A stretch of DNA of 46,646 nt from an uncultured bacterium (GCA_964443545.1 CAYUCV010000003.1:8868-55513); one strand, 5' to 3'. Counted from the first letter of the stretch, positions 17,918 through 27,272 are shown. The notes: a model not told the origin generated them from the sequence alone. Translations and numbers: made by a program.

Positions 17918-20635
17918 TTAATCAGCCACCTTTACTAGTTTCATAGAAACGACTTTCGAGATCCCGGGCTCTTCCATAGTGACGCCGTAAAGAGTGTCGG
18001 CCGAAGACATGGTCCTTTTGCTGTGCGTGATCACTATTATCTGGGAATGCCTGGAAAAGTCCCGGAGCATCCTGGTAAAGCGCATAACATTTATTTCGTC
18101 CAGCGCGGCGTCTACCTCGTCCATAAAGCAGAACGGGGACGGCTGGGTCTTCATCAGCGCAAACAAAAGGGCAATAGCGGTAAGGGCTTTTTCCCCTCCC
18201 GACATTAGCGAAAGCGAAAGCCATTTTTTCCCGGAGGGTTTGGCCATTATCTCTATTCCCGCCTCAAGAGGGTCGCCCTCCAGCAGGGTTATCTTTGCTT
18301 CTCCGCCCTCGAACAGGCTGGAAAATATCTCTGTAAAATGCGCGCTTACGGACTCGAGGTTGGCAAGAAAACTTTCCCTGGCCTCTTTGTCCAGCTGCCT
18401 GATAAGAGTGTTCAGATTGTCCCTGGCCGAAACAAGGTCAGTGTACTGGCTCTCTATAAAGGAAAGCCGCTCCTTGGACGCTTCGTACTCTTCTATCGCC
18501 AGCAGACTGACCGCTCCAAGCGCCCTTATCCTTGCTTTGAGCCCTTCTGTCTCCTCCTTGGCTTTTCCCATGTTGGAGGGGCTCTCTATGCTGCTTGATT
18601 CCACTTCCTCGACCGTAAGCCCGTACTCCTCGCGCAAAAGCGCCTCTGTTGTCTGCCACTCGCCCTCTATCTTGGCCAGGGTCACCTGTTCCCTCGAAAG
18701 ATTGTCCCTAAGCACCCGGTCCTCTCCCGAAACCGACCTCATTTTTTCCTCAAGCTCCTCCAGAAGGGCATTGACGGACCCTTTTTCTTTGACGAGTTCC
18801 TGTATCTTAACAGAAAGCCGCTCCTCCTCCTCTTTTAGCGAGGGCAGGCTTGCCTCAAGCTCAACGGCTTCTTTTTCGCAACCCTCCAGCCTTGCGGCAA
18901 GGTCCGATGCAGATGACCGTTTTTCCTGCGATTGGCGGACAAGATAGGACAGCTCTGTTCTCAGGTTCTCGATCTCTTCTTTTTTTGAGGCATATGTCTG
19001 CTCATAGTTCTTAAAGCCAGCCCTGACTTCTGCAAGGTCCAGGATCGCCTTTTCCTTCTGCAGCGAAAGCTCCTTTGTCTTTTGCTCCATCTCCGAGCAT
19101 TTTTCTGCTGCTTTGCTTGCTCCGGACCTGATCTCCTCAAGTTCCGAGCTTTGTCTTGCTGCAGCGGTCTCCAGCTCTTTTACCCTTGCCGCCTTCTTGT
19201 CGATGCTTTCTTTAAGTATGGACAACTCTATCTCGATTTTTTTGTTGATCTCAAGTTTCCTCTCCGAGATGCGTCCGATGAGCGACTGCTCAACCTGCGG
19301 GACCAAGAGCAGTTCTTTTTCTATGAACTCAATGTCGTTCTTGAGCCCGCTGAGATTTTCCGCAAAAGAGGTATCCTGCTCCAGTGATTCCCTGGCGAAC
19401 TTTAGCTCCAGTTCCAGCTCCGATATCGCGTGTTTTTTTGAAGAAAGCTCCATCTCCTTTTCCACGACGGGGTTCTTAAGCGAGTTCCAGAAACCTATAG
19501 ATTCCTCGATCTTAGAGGAGATCGCTGAAAAATTCTTTTCTGCCTCTTCGAGTATGCGCCTCGAAGCCCCGTAATCCTCGGTCAGAGCGGCCAGTATAGC
19601 TTCTTTTTCTTCGAGCCTAGGTTTTTTTTGGGAGATCCCGTCCTCAATGGAGGCGGCCTCGTTCTTAAGGGCAACTATCCGTTCCTCAAGCTGCAGTGAG
19701 CGCTCCTTGTTTGTTGCTATGGTGCTCTTTGCCTCCTCCATTTTTTCTCTCAGCCTGGAGGATCGGTCCCTTATCTCGTCCATGGAGGAATCTATGCTTC
19801 TTATGCGGTCTTTAAGGCGGACCCTTTCTTTTTCGTCCTTTTCTACATCGCTCATGGCCCCGCTGCTTTTGCTCTCGAGCTCGGCTATTCTTGCCAGGCA
19901 GTTGTCTTTGCGCTCCTTCAGGCTTTTTAGCACGCGCTTCGAAAGTCCTATCTCAATGTTCTTGAGCTCTTCTTTTAGCGAAGTGTACTCTCTGGCTTTT
20001 TCGGCCTGGGAAGCAAGATTGGCGATGACATCCTTGATCTCTCCCCTCAAGTCGTTGACCCTCAAAAGGTTCTGCTCGGTGGCTATCAGGCGGCGCTCGG
20101 AGGCCCTTTTCCTGAACTTGTATTTGCCGATGCCGGCGGCCTCTTCAAAAAGCTGCCTTCTGTCCTCCGGTTTCGAAAGAAGGATCGAATCCACCTGACC
20201 CTGGTTAATGATGGAATAAGCTCTGCCGCCTATGCCCGTGTCAAGGAACAGTTCCTTTATGTCCTTGAGCCTGCAGGGATTCTTATTTAGGAAAAATTCG
20301 CTTTCTCCGGACCTGAAAATGCGCCTTTTTATCGACACTTCGCTGTAATCTGTCTTCATTTTGCCGTCGGAATTGTCTATTGTGATGGAGACCTCAGCCA
20401 TGGAAAGGGCTTTCTTAAGGGAGGTGCCTGCAAAGATCAGCTGGTCCAGGCTCTCGCCGCGCATTTCTTTTATGCTCTGCTCTCCTATCACGAACCTCAC
20501 GGCGTCTATCACATTTGATTTGCCGCAACCGTTGGGCCCCACGACGCCCGTGATGGCGCTCGAGGGATCAAGATCAATGGAAGTTTTTTCCGCAAAGGTC
20601 TTAAAACCTTTTATTGTCAGATTTTTCAGGAACAA
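17918..20635 (-). CDS. smc: SMC-family chromosome segregation ATPase, short form without recognisable hinge
   Basis: GFKTFA, Walker A GPNGCGKSN, YSIINQG, LMSGGEKAL, Walker B FMDEVDAALD, IVITH; long coiled coils; only 905 aa. Confidence 0.88.
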   Translation of the reverse strand: MFLKNLTIKGFKTFAEKTSIDLDPSSAITGVVGPNGCGKSNVIDAVRFVIGEQSIKEMRGESLDQLIFAGTSLKKALSMAEVSITIDNSDGKMKTDYSEVSIKRRIFRSGESEFFLNKNPCRLKDIKELFLDTGIGGRAYSIINQGQVDSILLSKPEDRRQLFEEAAGIGKYKFRKRASERRLIATEQNLLRVNDLRGEIKDVIANLASQAEKAREYTSLKEELKNIEIGLSKRVLKSLKERKDNCLARIAELESKSSGAMSDVEKDEKERVRLKDRIRSIDSSMDEIRDRSSRLREKMEEAKSTIATNKERSLQLEERIVALKNEAASIEDGISQKKPRLEEKEAILAALTEDYGASRRILEEAEKNFSAISSKIEESIGFWNSLKNPVVEKEMELSSKKHAISELELELKFARESLEQDTSFAENLSGLKNDIEFIEKELLLVPQVEQSLIGRISERKLEINKKIEIELSILKESIDKKAARVKELETAAARQSSELEEIRSGASKAAEKCSEMEQKTKELSLQKEKAILDLAEVRAGFKNYEQTYASKKEEIENLRTELSYLVRQSQEKRSSASDLAARLEGCEKEAVELEASLPSLKEEEERLSVKIQELVKEKGSVNALLEELEEKMRSVSGEDRVLRDNLSREQVTLAKIEGEWQTTEALLREEYGLTVEEVESSSIESPSNMGKAKEETEGLKARIRALGAVSLLAIEEYEASKERLSFIESQYTDLVSARDNLNTLIRQLDKEARESFLANLESVSAHFTEIFSSLFEGGEAKITLLEGDPLEAGIEIMAKPSGKKWLSLSLMSGGEKALTAIALLFALMKTQPSPFCFMDEVDAALDEINVMRFTRMLRDFSRHSQIIVITHSKRTMSSADTLYGVTMEEPGISKVVSMKLVKVAD

Positions 20636-20661
20636 AGGTGGCTTCTTCCTCCCAATTTCAG

Positions 20662-20685
20662 ATTATAGCACACGGCTTTGTGTGC
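20662..20685 (-). promoter_or_regulatory. Extended -10 promoter of smc with overlapping palindrome
   Basis: TGCTATAAT (20662-20670) and GCACAC-N6-GTGTGC (20668-20685); GGAGG SD downstream. Confidence 0.5.
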
Positions 20686-20709
20686 CTTGCCCGCTCATGC
20701 CGTTTTTAT

Positions 20710-20737
20710 TTGAAAAAGACCGCCCCTGTGGTATAAT
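20710..20737 (+). promoter_or_regulatory. Sigma70 promoter of the SLH operon (leaderless geometry)
   Basis: TTGAAA-16 bp-TATAAT with extended -10 TG; ATG 7 nt downstream, no SD. Confidence 0.65.
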
Positions 20738-20744
20738 TTTTCCA

Positions 20745-22400
20745 ATGAAAAAGCTGTTTTCAGCCTTTCTGCTGTCTTTGCCTGTGTGCGGGCTAGCCGC
20801 TCAGGTTTTTTTTCAGGCTCCAGGTCTTGCTGCAAATCCCAAAAAACCAGTTGCCGAGAAGCCCCTTGATGTAATAGCCGTGCAGCATCCGCCGGCAAAA
20901 TATTCCGCCTCAAATGATCTTGTGCTGCTGCAGGGAAATATAAAGCCAACAGGAAAGGCGATTGTCCTGACAGTAAACGGCAAAAAAGTCCTGCAGAAAC
21001 AAGATAACCGTTTTGAAGCGGCTCTAATCCTTAAGTCCGGAAAGAACCTGGCCCGGATAACCGCTTCGGACCCCTCAGGTAAAAGACAGACTATCGAAAG
21101 CAAACTGCTCAGGATCATAAAATACCCTGATATGGAAGAGCTTTACATGGGCAGGCCGCACTGGGCCAGGAAGATCGTATCCGAAATGGCAACTGCCGGG
21201 ATCATCGAGGCTTATCCCGACGGCAGTTTTATGCCTGACGAAATGGTGACGAGGGGAGAATTTGCAACCTGGCTCTGCCGCGCAAAAGCCCTGCCACTCG
21301 GGCAGTTTTCCTACACTCTGCTGGCGGATGTGCCTGCCGCGCACTGGAGAGCTCCTTATATCTATGCCGTATTGGGCAAAGGCTTTATGATGCCGCTGCC
21401 GGGAGGCCAGTTTGGGATAGATGAGCCTCTTTCTAGAGCCGATGCGGGTTACTATCTGACACGAGCAGTCGGCATTGATGCTGTTCTCGAACGGTCGCAG
21501 GCAGCAACCATAGAAGCTTACCTTGGCCAGGTAAAAAAAGACTATTTAGAAACTGCAATTAAAGAAGGATATATCATCGGAGTTTCTCAAAGGGCAAAGG
21601 TCTACGACATTGACAGGAATATGACCAGGGCGGAAGCCGCCAATATGATCTCAAGGATAAAAGAGGCAAGGAACAGGATAATTTTTGTTTATGACTGGAG
21701 CAAAGGATTCGACGAAAAAACACAGTGTGCGGTTAATGTTGCTCCGGTGGTCACGGCAAGAACAAGCCCCGAGGCTGTTTATGCGGACGGAGTTACCACG
21801 GTAGGTCTTTATGCAAAGGTTGTAGCCGAGGGGGGCACTTTTGAAGTGGTGGTTGTTAAGGCAGACATGAGGCCGCTGGGAGGCCCTTCTGATGCAGTGA
21901 TGTATGATGACGAAAGCCACGGGGACGCGCTGTCAGGCGACGGCATCTTTTCCCTGGCCTTTCCCATAAGGACGGAAATTCCCGCCGGACAAAAAAATAT
22001 CCAGGTTACAGCAGTTAATAAATGGGGTCTGTCCTCTACTGCCGGTGCAAGGCTTAGGGTATTTGCCTTGAACAGGCCCCCGGTAATATTGAGCAGCATC
22101 TCATATCCCTTTGCGGTCAGGCCGGGAGGAACTGCCGTCCTTGCAGTTAGAGTGGAGGACCCCGACGGAGCATCGGACATAGGGTCTGTGCGAGCCGACC
22201 TCTCGGCCCTTGGAGGGACAGCGGAAGAGCCCCTTGAAGATGATGGGACCGGCGGTGATGTAAAGAGCGGCGACCTGATCTTTATGAAGGAGATTAGAAT
22301 TCCCGCCGGGACCAAAGGCCCAAGTGTTTCCATTCCTGTTGTTGTCAGGGACAAAAGAGGAGTGGAAGCGCAGGGGCAGATAAAACTGGATATCTTGTAA
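20745..22400 (+). CDS. Secreted S-layer homology (SLH) protein with Ig-like and two DDG-D-DG (choice-of-anchor X-like) domains
   Basis: Signal peptide MKKLFSAFLL; SLH motifs HWA..GIIEAYPDGSFMPDEMVTRGE, DVPAAHWRAPYI, MTRAEAA; YDDESHGDALSGDGIFS and EDDGTGGDVKSGDLIF. Confidence 0.85.
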   Translation: MKKLFSAFLLSLPVCGLAAQVFFQAPGLAANPKKPVAEKPLDVIAVQHPPAKYSASNDLVLLQGNIKPTGKAIVLTVNGKKVLQKQDNRFEAALILKSGKNLARITASDPSGKRQTIESKLLRIIKYPDMEELYMGRPHWARKIVSEMATAGIIEAYPDGSFMPDEMVTRGEFATWLCRAKALPLGQFSYTLLADVPAAHWRAPYIYAVLGKGFMMPLPGGQFGIDEPLSRADAGYYLTRAVGIDAVLERSQAATIEAYLGQVKKDYLETAIKEGYIIGVSQRAKVYDIDRNMTRAEAANMISRIKEARNRIIFVYDWSKGFDEKTQCAVNVAPVVTARTSPEAVYADGVTTVGLYAKVVAEGGTFEVVVVKADMRPLGGPSDAVMYDDESHGDALSGDGIFSLAFPIRTEIPAGQKNIQVTAVNKWGLSSTAGARLRVFALNRPPVILSSISYPFAVRPGGTAVLAVRVEDPDGASDIGSVRADLSALGGTAEEPLEDDGTGGDVKSGDLIFMKEIRIPAGTKGPSVSIPVVVRDKRGVEAQGQIKLDIL

Positions 22401-24167
22401 ATGAATAGAACATTGTTCCGAATTATTCTAACTTCTGTTCTGCTGGCGCTTATTCCCGCGGTCGGAACTGCAGCGCTTTTGGACTACGGGATAGATGTGT
22501 TTGATATTTCAGTCGGCGCAAGGCCTCTTGGAATGGGCGGCGCTTTTACAGCCGTGGAGCAGGACGGCAACGCGGTCTTTTATAATCCTGCGGCCCAGGC
22601 CGGTTTTGGCGAAGTTTCCCTTTCTTTCAGGGATTCCAAGAACCTCTCTCTCCTGCAGGTATATCCTACCGATATAGGCACCATCGGACTCGGGCTCGTA
22701 TCAAGATCGGTCAAGGATCTTTCTACCGCAACAGGCCTCGTTTCCAATTCCAACAGCTACGGCACAATAACATATGCAAAAGAATTTTCCGGATATTCCA
22801 TAGGAGCTGGGCTCAAGCTTCTCCTGAACGAAGAACTGCAGACCACAGCTTCTGTTCAGAACGGTTCCGGCTGGGACCTTGACCTCAGCGTTCTTGCCTT
22901 TCCCAACAACTGGTTGAGGCTGGGAGCCGTGCTGCAGAATGTGCTGCCAAAAGATGCCATGGGGGGGGGGAGCATAGTCTGGAGCAGCGGAGTTTCCGAG
23001 GGGATCCCACTTATCGCAAGAGCCGGAGCAAGCGCAAGGGTTTTTGGGGACAATTCATATCTGGGCTCAACATATCCCGGCAGCCTGCTGCTTGCCGCAG
23101 ATCTGGAAAGCTCTATAGCCTCGGGAGCCAGACCCCTGCTGATGCATGCCGGCGCGGAATGGAAACCCAATGATTCTCTGTTCCTAAGAACGGGCATAGA
23201 CCAGAGGCTTAATGTTAAAGCGGTGGAAACGGGGCTGACCCTTGGAGCCGGATTTATGTTCAACGGTTGGAGACTGGACGCGGCCATGAATCCTTCGGTT
23301 GCCACCGGAGGCAGCCTGGTCTTTTCCGCATCCTTTGTCCCGGAAGAATCGGTAGAGCAGAAAGCAAAAAAAGCAAGGTATCTAAAAGTGTTCTCGCCGC
23401 AGGACGAATCCTCTACCGAAAAGGACAGGATCATGGTCAGCGGGGAGGCAAAAGGGGTAAGGGTCAAGGTCAACGGCCTGGATGTATATGTTGCTTCCGA
23501 CGGCAAGTTTTCCGTAGAGGTTCCCCTTGATATAGGAAAGAACATGATAGAGATCACGGGAGAGCATGAAAAACAGAAGATCTCATTTTCCAGACGAGTG
23601 TTAAGGAAGGTGGAGGTAAAGATCACCGAGCTAAAAAAAATTGAGCAGGAAAAAGCAGTGGTCTTGAAAAAGGAGGACGAGATAGTAAAAAAACAGGTTG
23701 AGATAGCCTACAAGGAAATGGCCAAAGAGCTTTCGGAAGCGGAAAAGTCAAGGCTGGAAAAGGAAAAGCAGGAACTGCTTGCAAGACAGGAACGCCTGGA
23801 AAAGGAAAAACAGGCCGTGGAGCAAAAGAAGGCCCAGGCCGAAAGCAAAAAACAGACCCTGGAAGGGCTGGCCACTCTAGGAGTGATCCAGGTGCCCGAA
23901 AAGAAAGAGTTCGAAGCGGAAGAAAGGATTACCAGGGCAGAGCTCGCGGCCTGGCTGGTGCGGGCGCGTTCGCTTGACCTTGCGCGAGTGGACAGAGCCC
24001 CGTTCCCTGATGTCCCAGCCGATTCCTGGGCAGCGCCTTACATAAAAACTGTTGTTCAGATGGGGCTCATGAAGCCGTTTGCGGACGGAAAGTTCCATCC
24101 CCAGGAGGGTATCAGGGAATCCGAAGGAATGGAGATCCTGAAAAAATTTGATGAACTTAAAAGATAA
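22401..24167 (+). CDS. PorV/UPF0164-like beta-barrel protein fused to Ig-like domain, coiled coil and C-terminal SLH domains
   Basis: Signal peptide; GARPLGMGGAFTAV..D..AVFYNPA (PorV/FadL-like N-terminus); alternating beta-strand pattern; about 85-aa K/E-rich coiled coil; ITRAELA, FPDVPADSWAAPYI, GLMKPFADGKFHP. Confidence 0.8.
   Translation: MNRTLFRIILTSVLLALIPAVGTAALLDYGIDVFDISVGARPLGMGGAFTAVEQDGNAVFYNPAAQAGFGEVSLSFRDSKNLSLLQVYPTDIGTIGLGLVSRSVKDLSTATGLVSNSNSYGTITYAKEFSGYSIGAGLKLLLNEELQTTASVQNGSGWDLDLSVLAFPNNWLRLGAVLQNVLPKDAMGGGSIVWSSGVSEGIPLIARAGASARVFGDNSYLGSTYPGSLLLAADLESSIASGARPLLMHAGAEWKPNDSLFLRTGIDQRLNVKAVETGLTLGAGFMFNGWRLDAAMNPSVATGGSLVFSASFVPEESVEQKAKKARYLKVFSPQDESSTEKDRIMVSGEAKGVRVKVNGLDVYVASDGKFSVEVPLDIGKNMIEITGEHEKQKISFSRRVLRKVEVKITELKKIEQEKAVVLKKEDEIVKKQVEIAYKEMAKELSEAEKSRLEKEKQELLARQERLEKEKQAVEQKKAQAESKKQTLEGLATLGVIQVPEKKEFEAEERITRAELAAWLVRARSLDLARVDRAPFPDVPADSWAAPYIKTVVQMGLMKPFADGKFHPQEGIRESEGMEILKKFDELKR
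22961..22970 (+). repeat. G10 homopolymer inside the PorV-like gene
   Basis: ATG GGG GGG GGG AGC; ten consecutive G. Confidence 0.85.
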
Positions 24168-24747
24168 AAATAGGCCGGGAGTATTCATTGCGGCGGCGCT
24201 GCTGCTGGCCATGCTGCTGTTAAAAGGCTCTGCCTTAGCCGCGCCGCAGCCGGATAAAAAAGAAAAGTACATAACCAAGGGTGAAATGGCCGTGATGCTT
24301 TCCGCAACTGACTTCATGAAGAAGAAGATCTCGGACCTTTTCAATGTCGCGATAGGGTATAATCTGGTGCAGCTTAACAGGGCAACGATGGCACCTGTTA
24401 TTAAGTATGTAAAGGTTACCCCGGCAAGGATAAATGCTGATGGGATATCGGTTTTTGACCTCATTGTCAAAATTGAGGATCCCAATGGTCTATCTGATAT
24501 TAAGGATGTCAGGGCCGATATATCCAGCCTGGGCAGGCTCTCCAATATGAAGCTGGTTGATAACGGGCTCTGGGGGGACAGCTTGGCTAACGACGGCATC
24601 TTTACGCTGCAGAGCAGCATAAGCTCCAAAACCCATCCCGGAGAAAAAGAGATCCTTATAGCGGTGGCAAACAAAAAAGGCTGGCTATCTATCACAAAAG
24701 CCAACATAACGGTGCAGGATCAGGCGCCGGCAGGAGCAAGACAGTAA
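24151..24747 (+). CDS. Secreted protein with partial SLH-like motif and a DDG-D-DG (choice-of-anchor X-like) domain
   Basis: Signal peptide, ITKGEMAVML, DPNGLSDIKDVRADISSLG, DNGLWGDSLANDGIFT; clearly paralogous to the C-terminal domains of 20745-22400. Confidence 0.75.
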   Translation: MNLKDKNRPGVFIAAALLLAMLLLKGSALAAPQPDKKEKYITKGEMAVMLSATDFMKKKISDLFNVAIGYNLVQLNRATMAPVIKYVKVTPARINADGISVFDLIVKIEDPNGLSDIKDVRADISSLGRLSNMKLVDNGLWGDSLANDGIFTLQSSISSKTHPGEKEILIAVANKKGWLSITKANITVQDQAPAGARQ

Positions 24748-24748
24748 A

Positions 24749-26956
24749 GTGTTCTCAACGATCACAATAATAAGTATTTTTGTAGAGATATTCGCCTCAG
24801 GCATCCTTGCTGTCGGTTCCTATGTCCTCTTCCGCAGGTTCCTTGAAAAAGGCGCGAAAAGCGATCTGCATCTTTCTCTCGTGTTCGCTTTTTTTACGGT
24901 TTTTGTCGCCGGCACCGTTGCATCTCAAATGCTCTTCAATATAGGGGCGCAGATCTCGACGCTTATTTTATTGCAAAAGACCGTTTATTTGTGCCTGCTT
25001 GTCTGTGTTTTCTTTGTTTTCAGGCTCGCCTGCGAAAAATTCAATTACAGGCCCCTTCCTGCAACCGCACTTGTGGCCGCCGCCGTTGCCTATACAGGAT
25101 ATCTTCTCATTTCTTCTCCGGTCAGCCTTGCATACAGGTTCGATGTCATAGAGCCCGCCATTGAGTCCATTGCCATGCTGCCCATCAGGGTCTTTTGGAC
25201 CGGTGTCTGGGTGCTTTTGGGAATGAATTATCTTATAAAGACGCTGAGGACAAAGGACCAGAGGGAAAAAAATATAGAATACATTTGCGGGCTTTCTTCA
25301 ATTGCCATAGCGGTTTCATACATCCTAACGGTGTTCTATGTTTCTTACGGGACAAGCCTGTACCTTCTTCTGTCCTGGATAATCGCTCTTTTTGCCTTTT
25401 CCATGTTCCTGCTGGGAAATCTTATCCCGCCGTCCGACGATCTGGCTCTAAAGCCTCTCAATTTTTTGCGCACCAAGATACTTTTTAAACTTGTCCTCAT
25501 CTTTGTGGTCCTTATAGTAATAATAGTGGAAGCTACGACCCTGGCCACGATAGCTGTTTCAAGAGATTCACTGCTTAAGGCCATTATAGAGACCGACAAC
25601 CAGATCGCTCTGGGAGTGTCGGACAAGATCAATTATTACATTGATAACGAAAAGAACATGGTTGGGCTTATAAAGAACATCCAATACTCGGTGGAAGAAC
25701 TCAGCTATGCCCAGAACAGGATAATATATGTGGTTGACTCGGAAGCAAGGATAGTGGCTCATCCGGACAAGAAGAGGGCCCTTGAGAGAGAGAGCATGAA
25801 GGAGCTGCCCTATATCAGGGAAGCGCTCTCGGGCTCCAGGGCCGGAGGGAATTTTTCGGACAAGGACGGGGACAGGATGGTGGGGGCTTTCCTTCCAATA
25901 AGCAAACTGGGCTGGGCGGTGGCGGTGTCGGAGCCGGCCGCACAGGCCTATTTTGAGATCAGGAAGGTTGAGACCAATTCCCTGGCCTTTGTGATAATGG
26001 GGATACTTATTGCTACCACTGCCGGGCTCTTTTTTGCAAAAAGCATCGAGGCCTCTATCAGCGAGGTCATTTCCGGCACAGAGGCTATCAGAAAGGGCAA
26101 CCTCAATTACAAGATAAAGACCGCTTCGCTGGATGAGATCGGCAGGCTTGCCGGGGCTTTCAATAAAATGACGGCAGAATTAAAAGAAACGCAAGACCAC
26201 CTGATAGCCTCCGAAAAACTGGCCGCGCTCGGCACGATGTCGGCCGGCATGGCCCACGAGATAAAGAACCCTCTTGTGGCCCTGCGGACCTTTACACAGC
26301 TTATTCCCCTTAAATGGGAGGACAAAGACTTCAGGGACAAGTTCGCCTCGATAGTTCCTGTAGAGATCGAAAAGATCAACAAGATAGCCGAAAACCTTCT
26401 CAAGTTCGGTAAACCTTCAAAACCCGAGTTCAAAGCCACCAATCCCAATTCGGTGCTCGAAGAAGTGCTAGACCTTTTGGAAAATCAGTTCAGGAAGAAC
26501 AATATCAGGATAACTACAAAATTCGCCAAACTCCCGGAGATAAATGCCGATCCGTCCCAGCTGTCCCAGGCATTTCTCAATATAATACTCAACGCTTCGC
26601 AGGCAATGGTTAACGGAGGAGAGCTTATAATAAAGACCGATGTCGGCGAGGTGATAAAACTCGGCAAGATCACAAAGGGAGGTTTTGTATCAATAAAAAA
26701 GAACGGGTCCCAGACGAACGAGAACACCATTCCGACTGTGTTTGTCGAGATATCGGACAGCGGCTCCGGGATAAAAGAAGAGGACCTAAAAAATATCTTC
26801 GATCCTTTTTACACGACCAAATCCAGCGGAACGGGCATGGGGCTTCCTATAACACTTAGGATCATCGAAGAACATAAAGGGACGATAAAGGTAAGAAGCG
26901 AGGTCGGGAAAGGGACGACTTTTATTGTTATGCTGCCGATAGAAAAGACCGCTTAG
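24749..26956 (+). CDS. Multi-TM sensor histidine kinase with Cache and HAMP domains
   Basis: About 7 N-terminal TMs, Cache-like YVVDSEARIVAHPD...LGWAVAV, HAMP DEIGRLAGAFNKM, canonical AHEIKNPL, DSGSGI, PFYTTK, GTGMGL. Confidence 0.93.
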   Translation: MFSTITIISIFVEIFASGILAVGSYVLFRRFLEKGAKSDLHLSLVFAFFTVFVAGTVASQMLFNIGAQISTLILLQKTVYLCLLVCVFFVFRLACEKFNYRPLPATALVAAAVAYTGYLLISSPVSLAYRFDVIEPAIESIAMLPIRVFWTGVWVLLGMNYLIKTLRTKDQREKNIEYICGLSSIAIAVSYILTVFYVSYGTSLYLLLSWIIALFAFSMFLLGNLIPPSDDLALKPLNFLRTKILFKLVLIFVVLIVIIVEATTLATIAVSRDSLLKAIIETDNQIALGVSDKINYYIDNEKNMVGLIKNIQYSVEELSYAQNRIIYVVDSEARIVAHPDKKRALERESMKELPYIREALSGSRAGGNFSDKDGDRMVGAFLPISKLGWAVAVSEPAAQAYFEIRKVETNSLAFVIMGILIATTAGLFFAKSIEASISEVISGTEAIRKGNLNYKIKTASLDEIGRLAGAFNKMTAELKETQDHLIASEKLAALGTMSAGMAHEIKNPLVALRTFTQLIPLKWEDKDFRDKFASIVPVEIEKINKIAENLLKFGKPSKPEFKATNPNSVLEEVLDLLENQFRKNNIRITTKFAKLPEINADPSQLSQAFLNIILNASQAMVNGGELIIKTDVGEVIKLGKITKGGFVSIKKNGSQTNENTIPTVFVEISDSGSGIKEEDLKNIFDPFYTTKSSGTGMGLPITLRIIEEHKGTIKVRSEVGKGTTFIVMLPIEKTA

Positions 26957-27171
26957 GCTATTTCGTAGACGTTGTTTCCGATATTTCCGAGTGCGGCGTG
27001 GGCGATTTGGGTGATTTTACTCCCTTTGTTGTTTGTGTCAATCCCAGTTAAAGTCTTTCCGGCGATGTTGATGTTGCCTCCGGTCTTTATTGCAGAAACG
27101 CCACCGTTAGGGTCCAACGAAAGGGCGTGCTTGTTATTATTAGAAACTGAGATGTTCGAGCCAGCTGACAT
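26953..27171 (-). CDS. Small orphan protein (Asn/Gly/Ile-rich)
   Basis: 72-aa ORF with strong GGGAGG SD, fills the gap between the kinase and clpC, and has its own putative promoter. Confidence 0.65.
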   Translation of the reverse strand: MSAGSNISVSNNNKHALSLDPNGGVSAIKTGGNINIAGKTLTGIDTNNKGSKITQIAHAALGNIGNNVYEIA

Positions 27172-27191
27172 GAGTTTGCCTCCCTATATAT

Positions 27192-27219
27192 GTATCGCTG
27201 GAAAGGGTCTTAAACTTGC
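27192..27219 (-). promoter_or_regulatory. Sigma28 (FliA/WhiG)-like promoter
   Basis: GCAAGTTT-N12-AGCGATAC versus consensus TAAAGTTT-N11-GCCGATAA; same geometry as 32105-32132. Confidence 0.45.
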
Positions 27220-27240
27220 ATGCTAATTTCCTTTCTTTTC

Positions 27241-27249
27241 TGTTATAAT
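27241..27249 (+). promoter_or_regulatory. Extended -10 promoter of clpC
   Basis: TGTTATAAT about 23 nt upstream of the clpC start. Confidence 0.5.
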
Positions 27250-27272
27250 TTTTCCAGAGGCGGGCATACAAT

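Noticed and set aside
17994-18947. Long antisense ORFs (e.g. 17994-18947, 7180-7992, 27633-28430, 42514-43380, 44255-45247)
   Set aside because: Shadow frames opposite well-conserved genes, with no recognisable motifs or SD.
20361-20744. 128-aa N-terminal extension of the SLH protein in the ORF track
   Set aside because: It is antisense to smc and runs through the promoter; the signal peptide starts at 20745.
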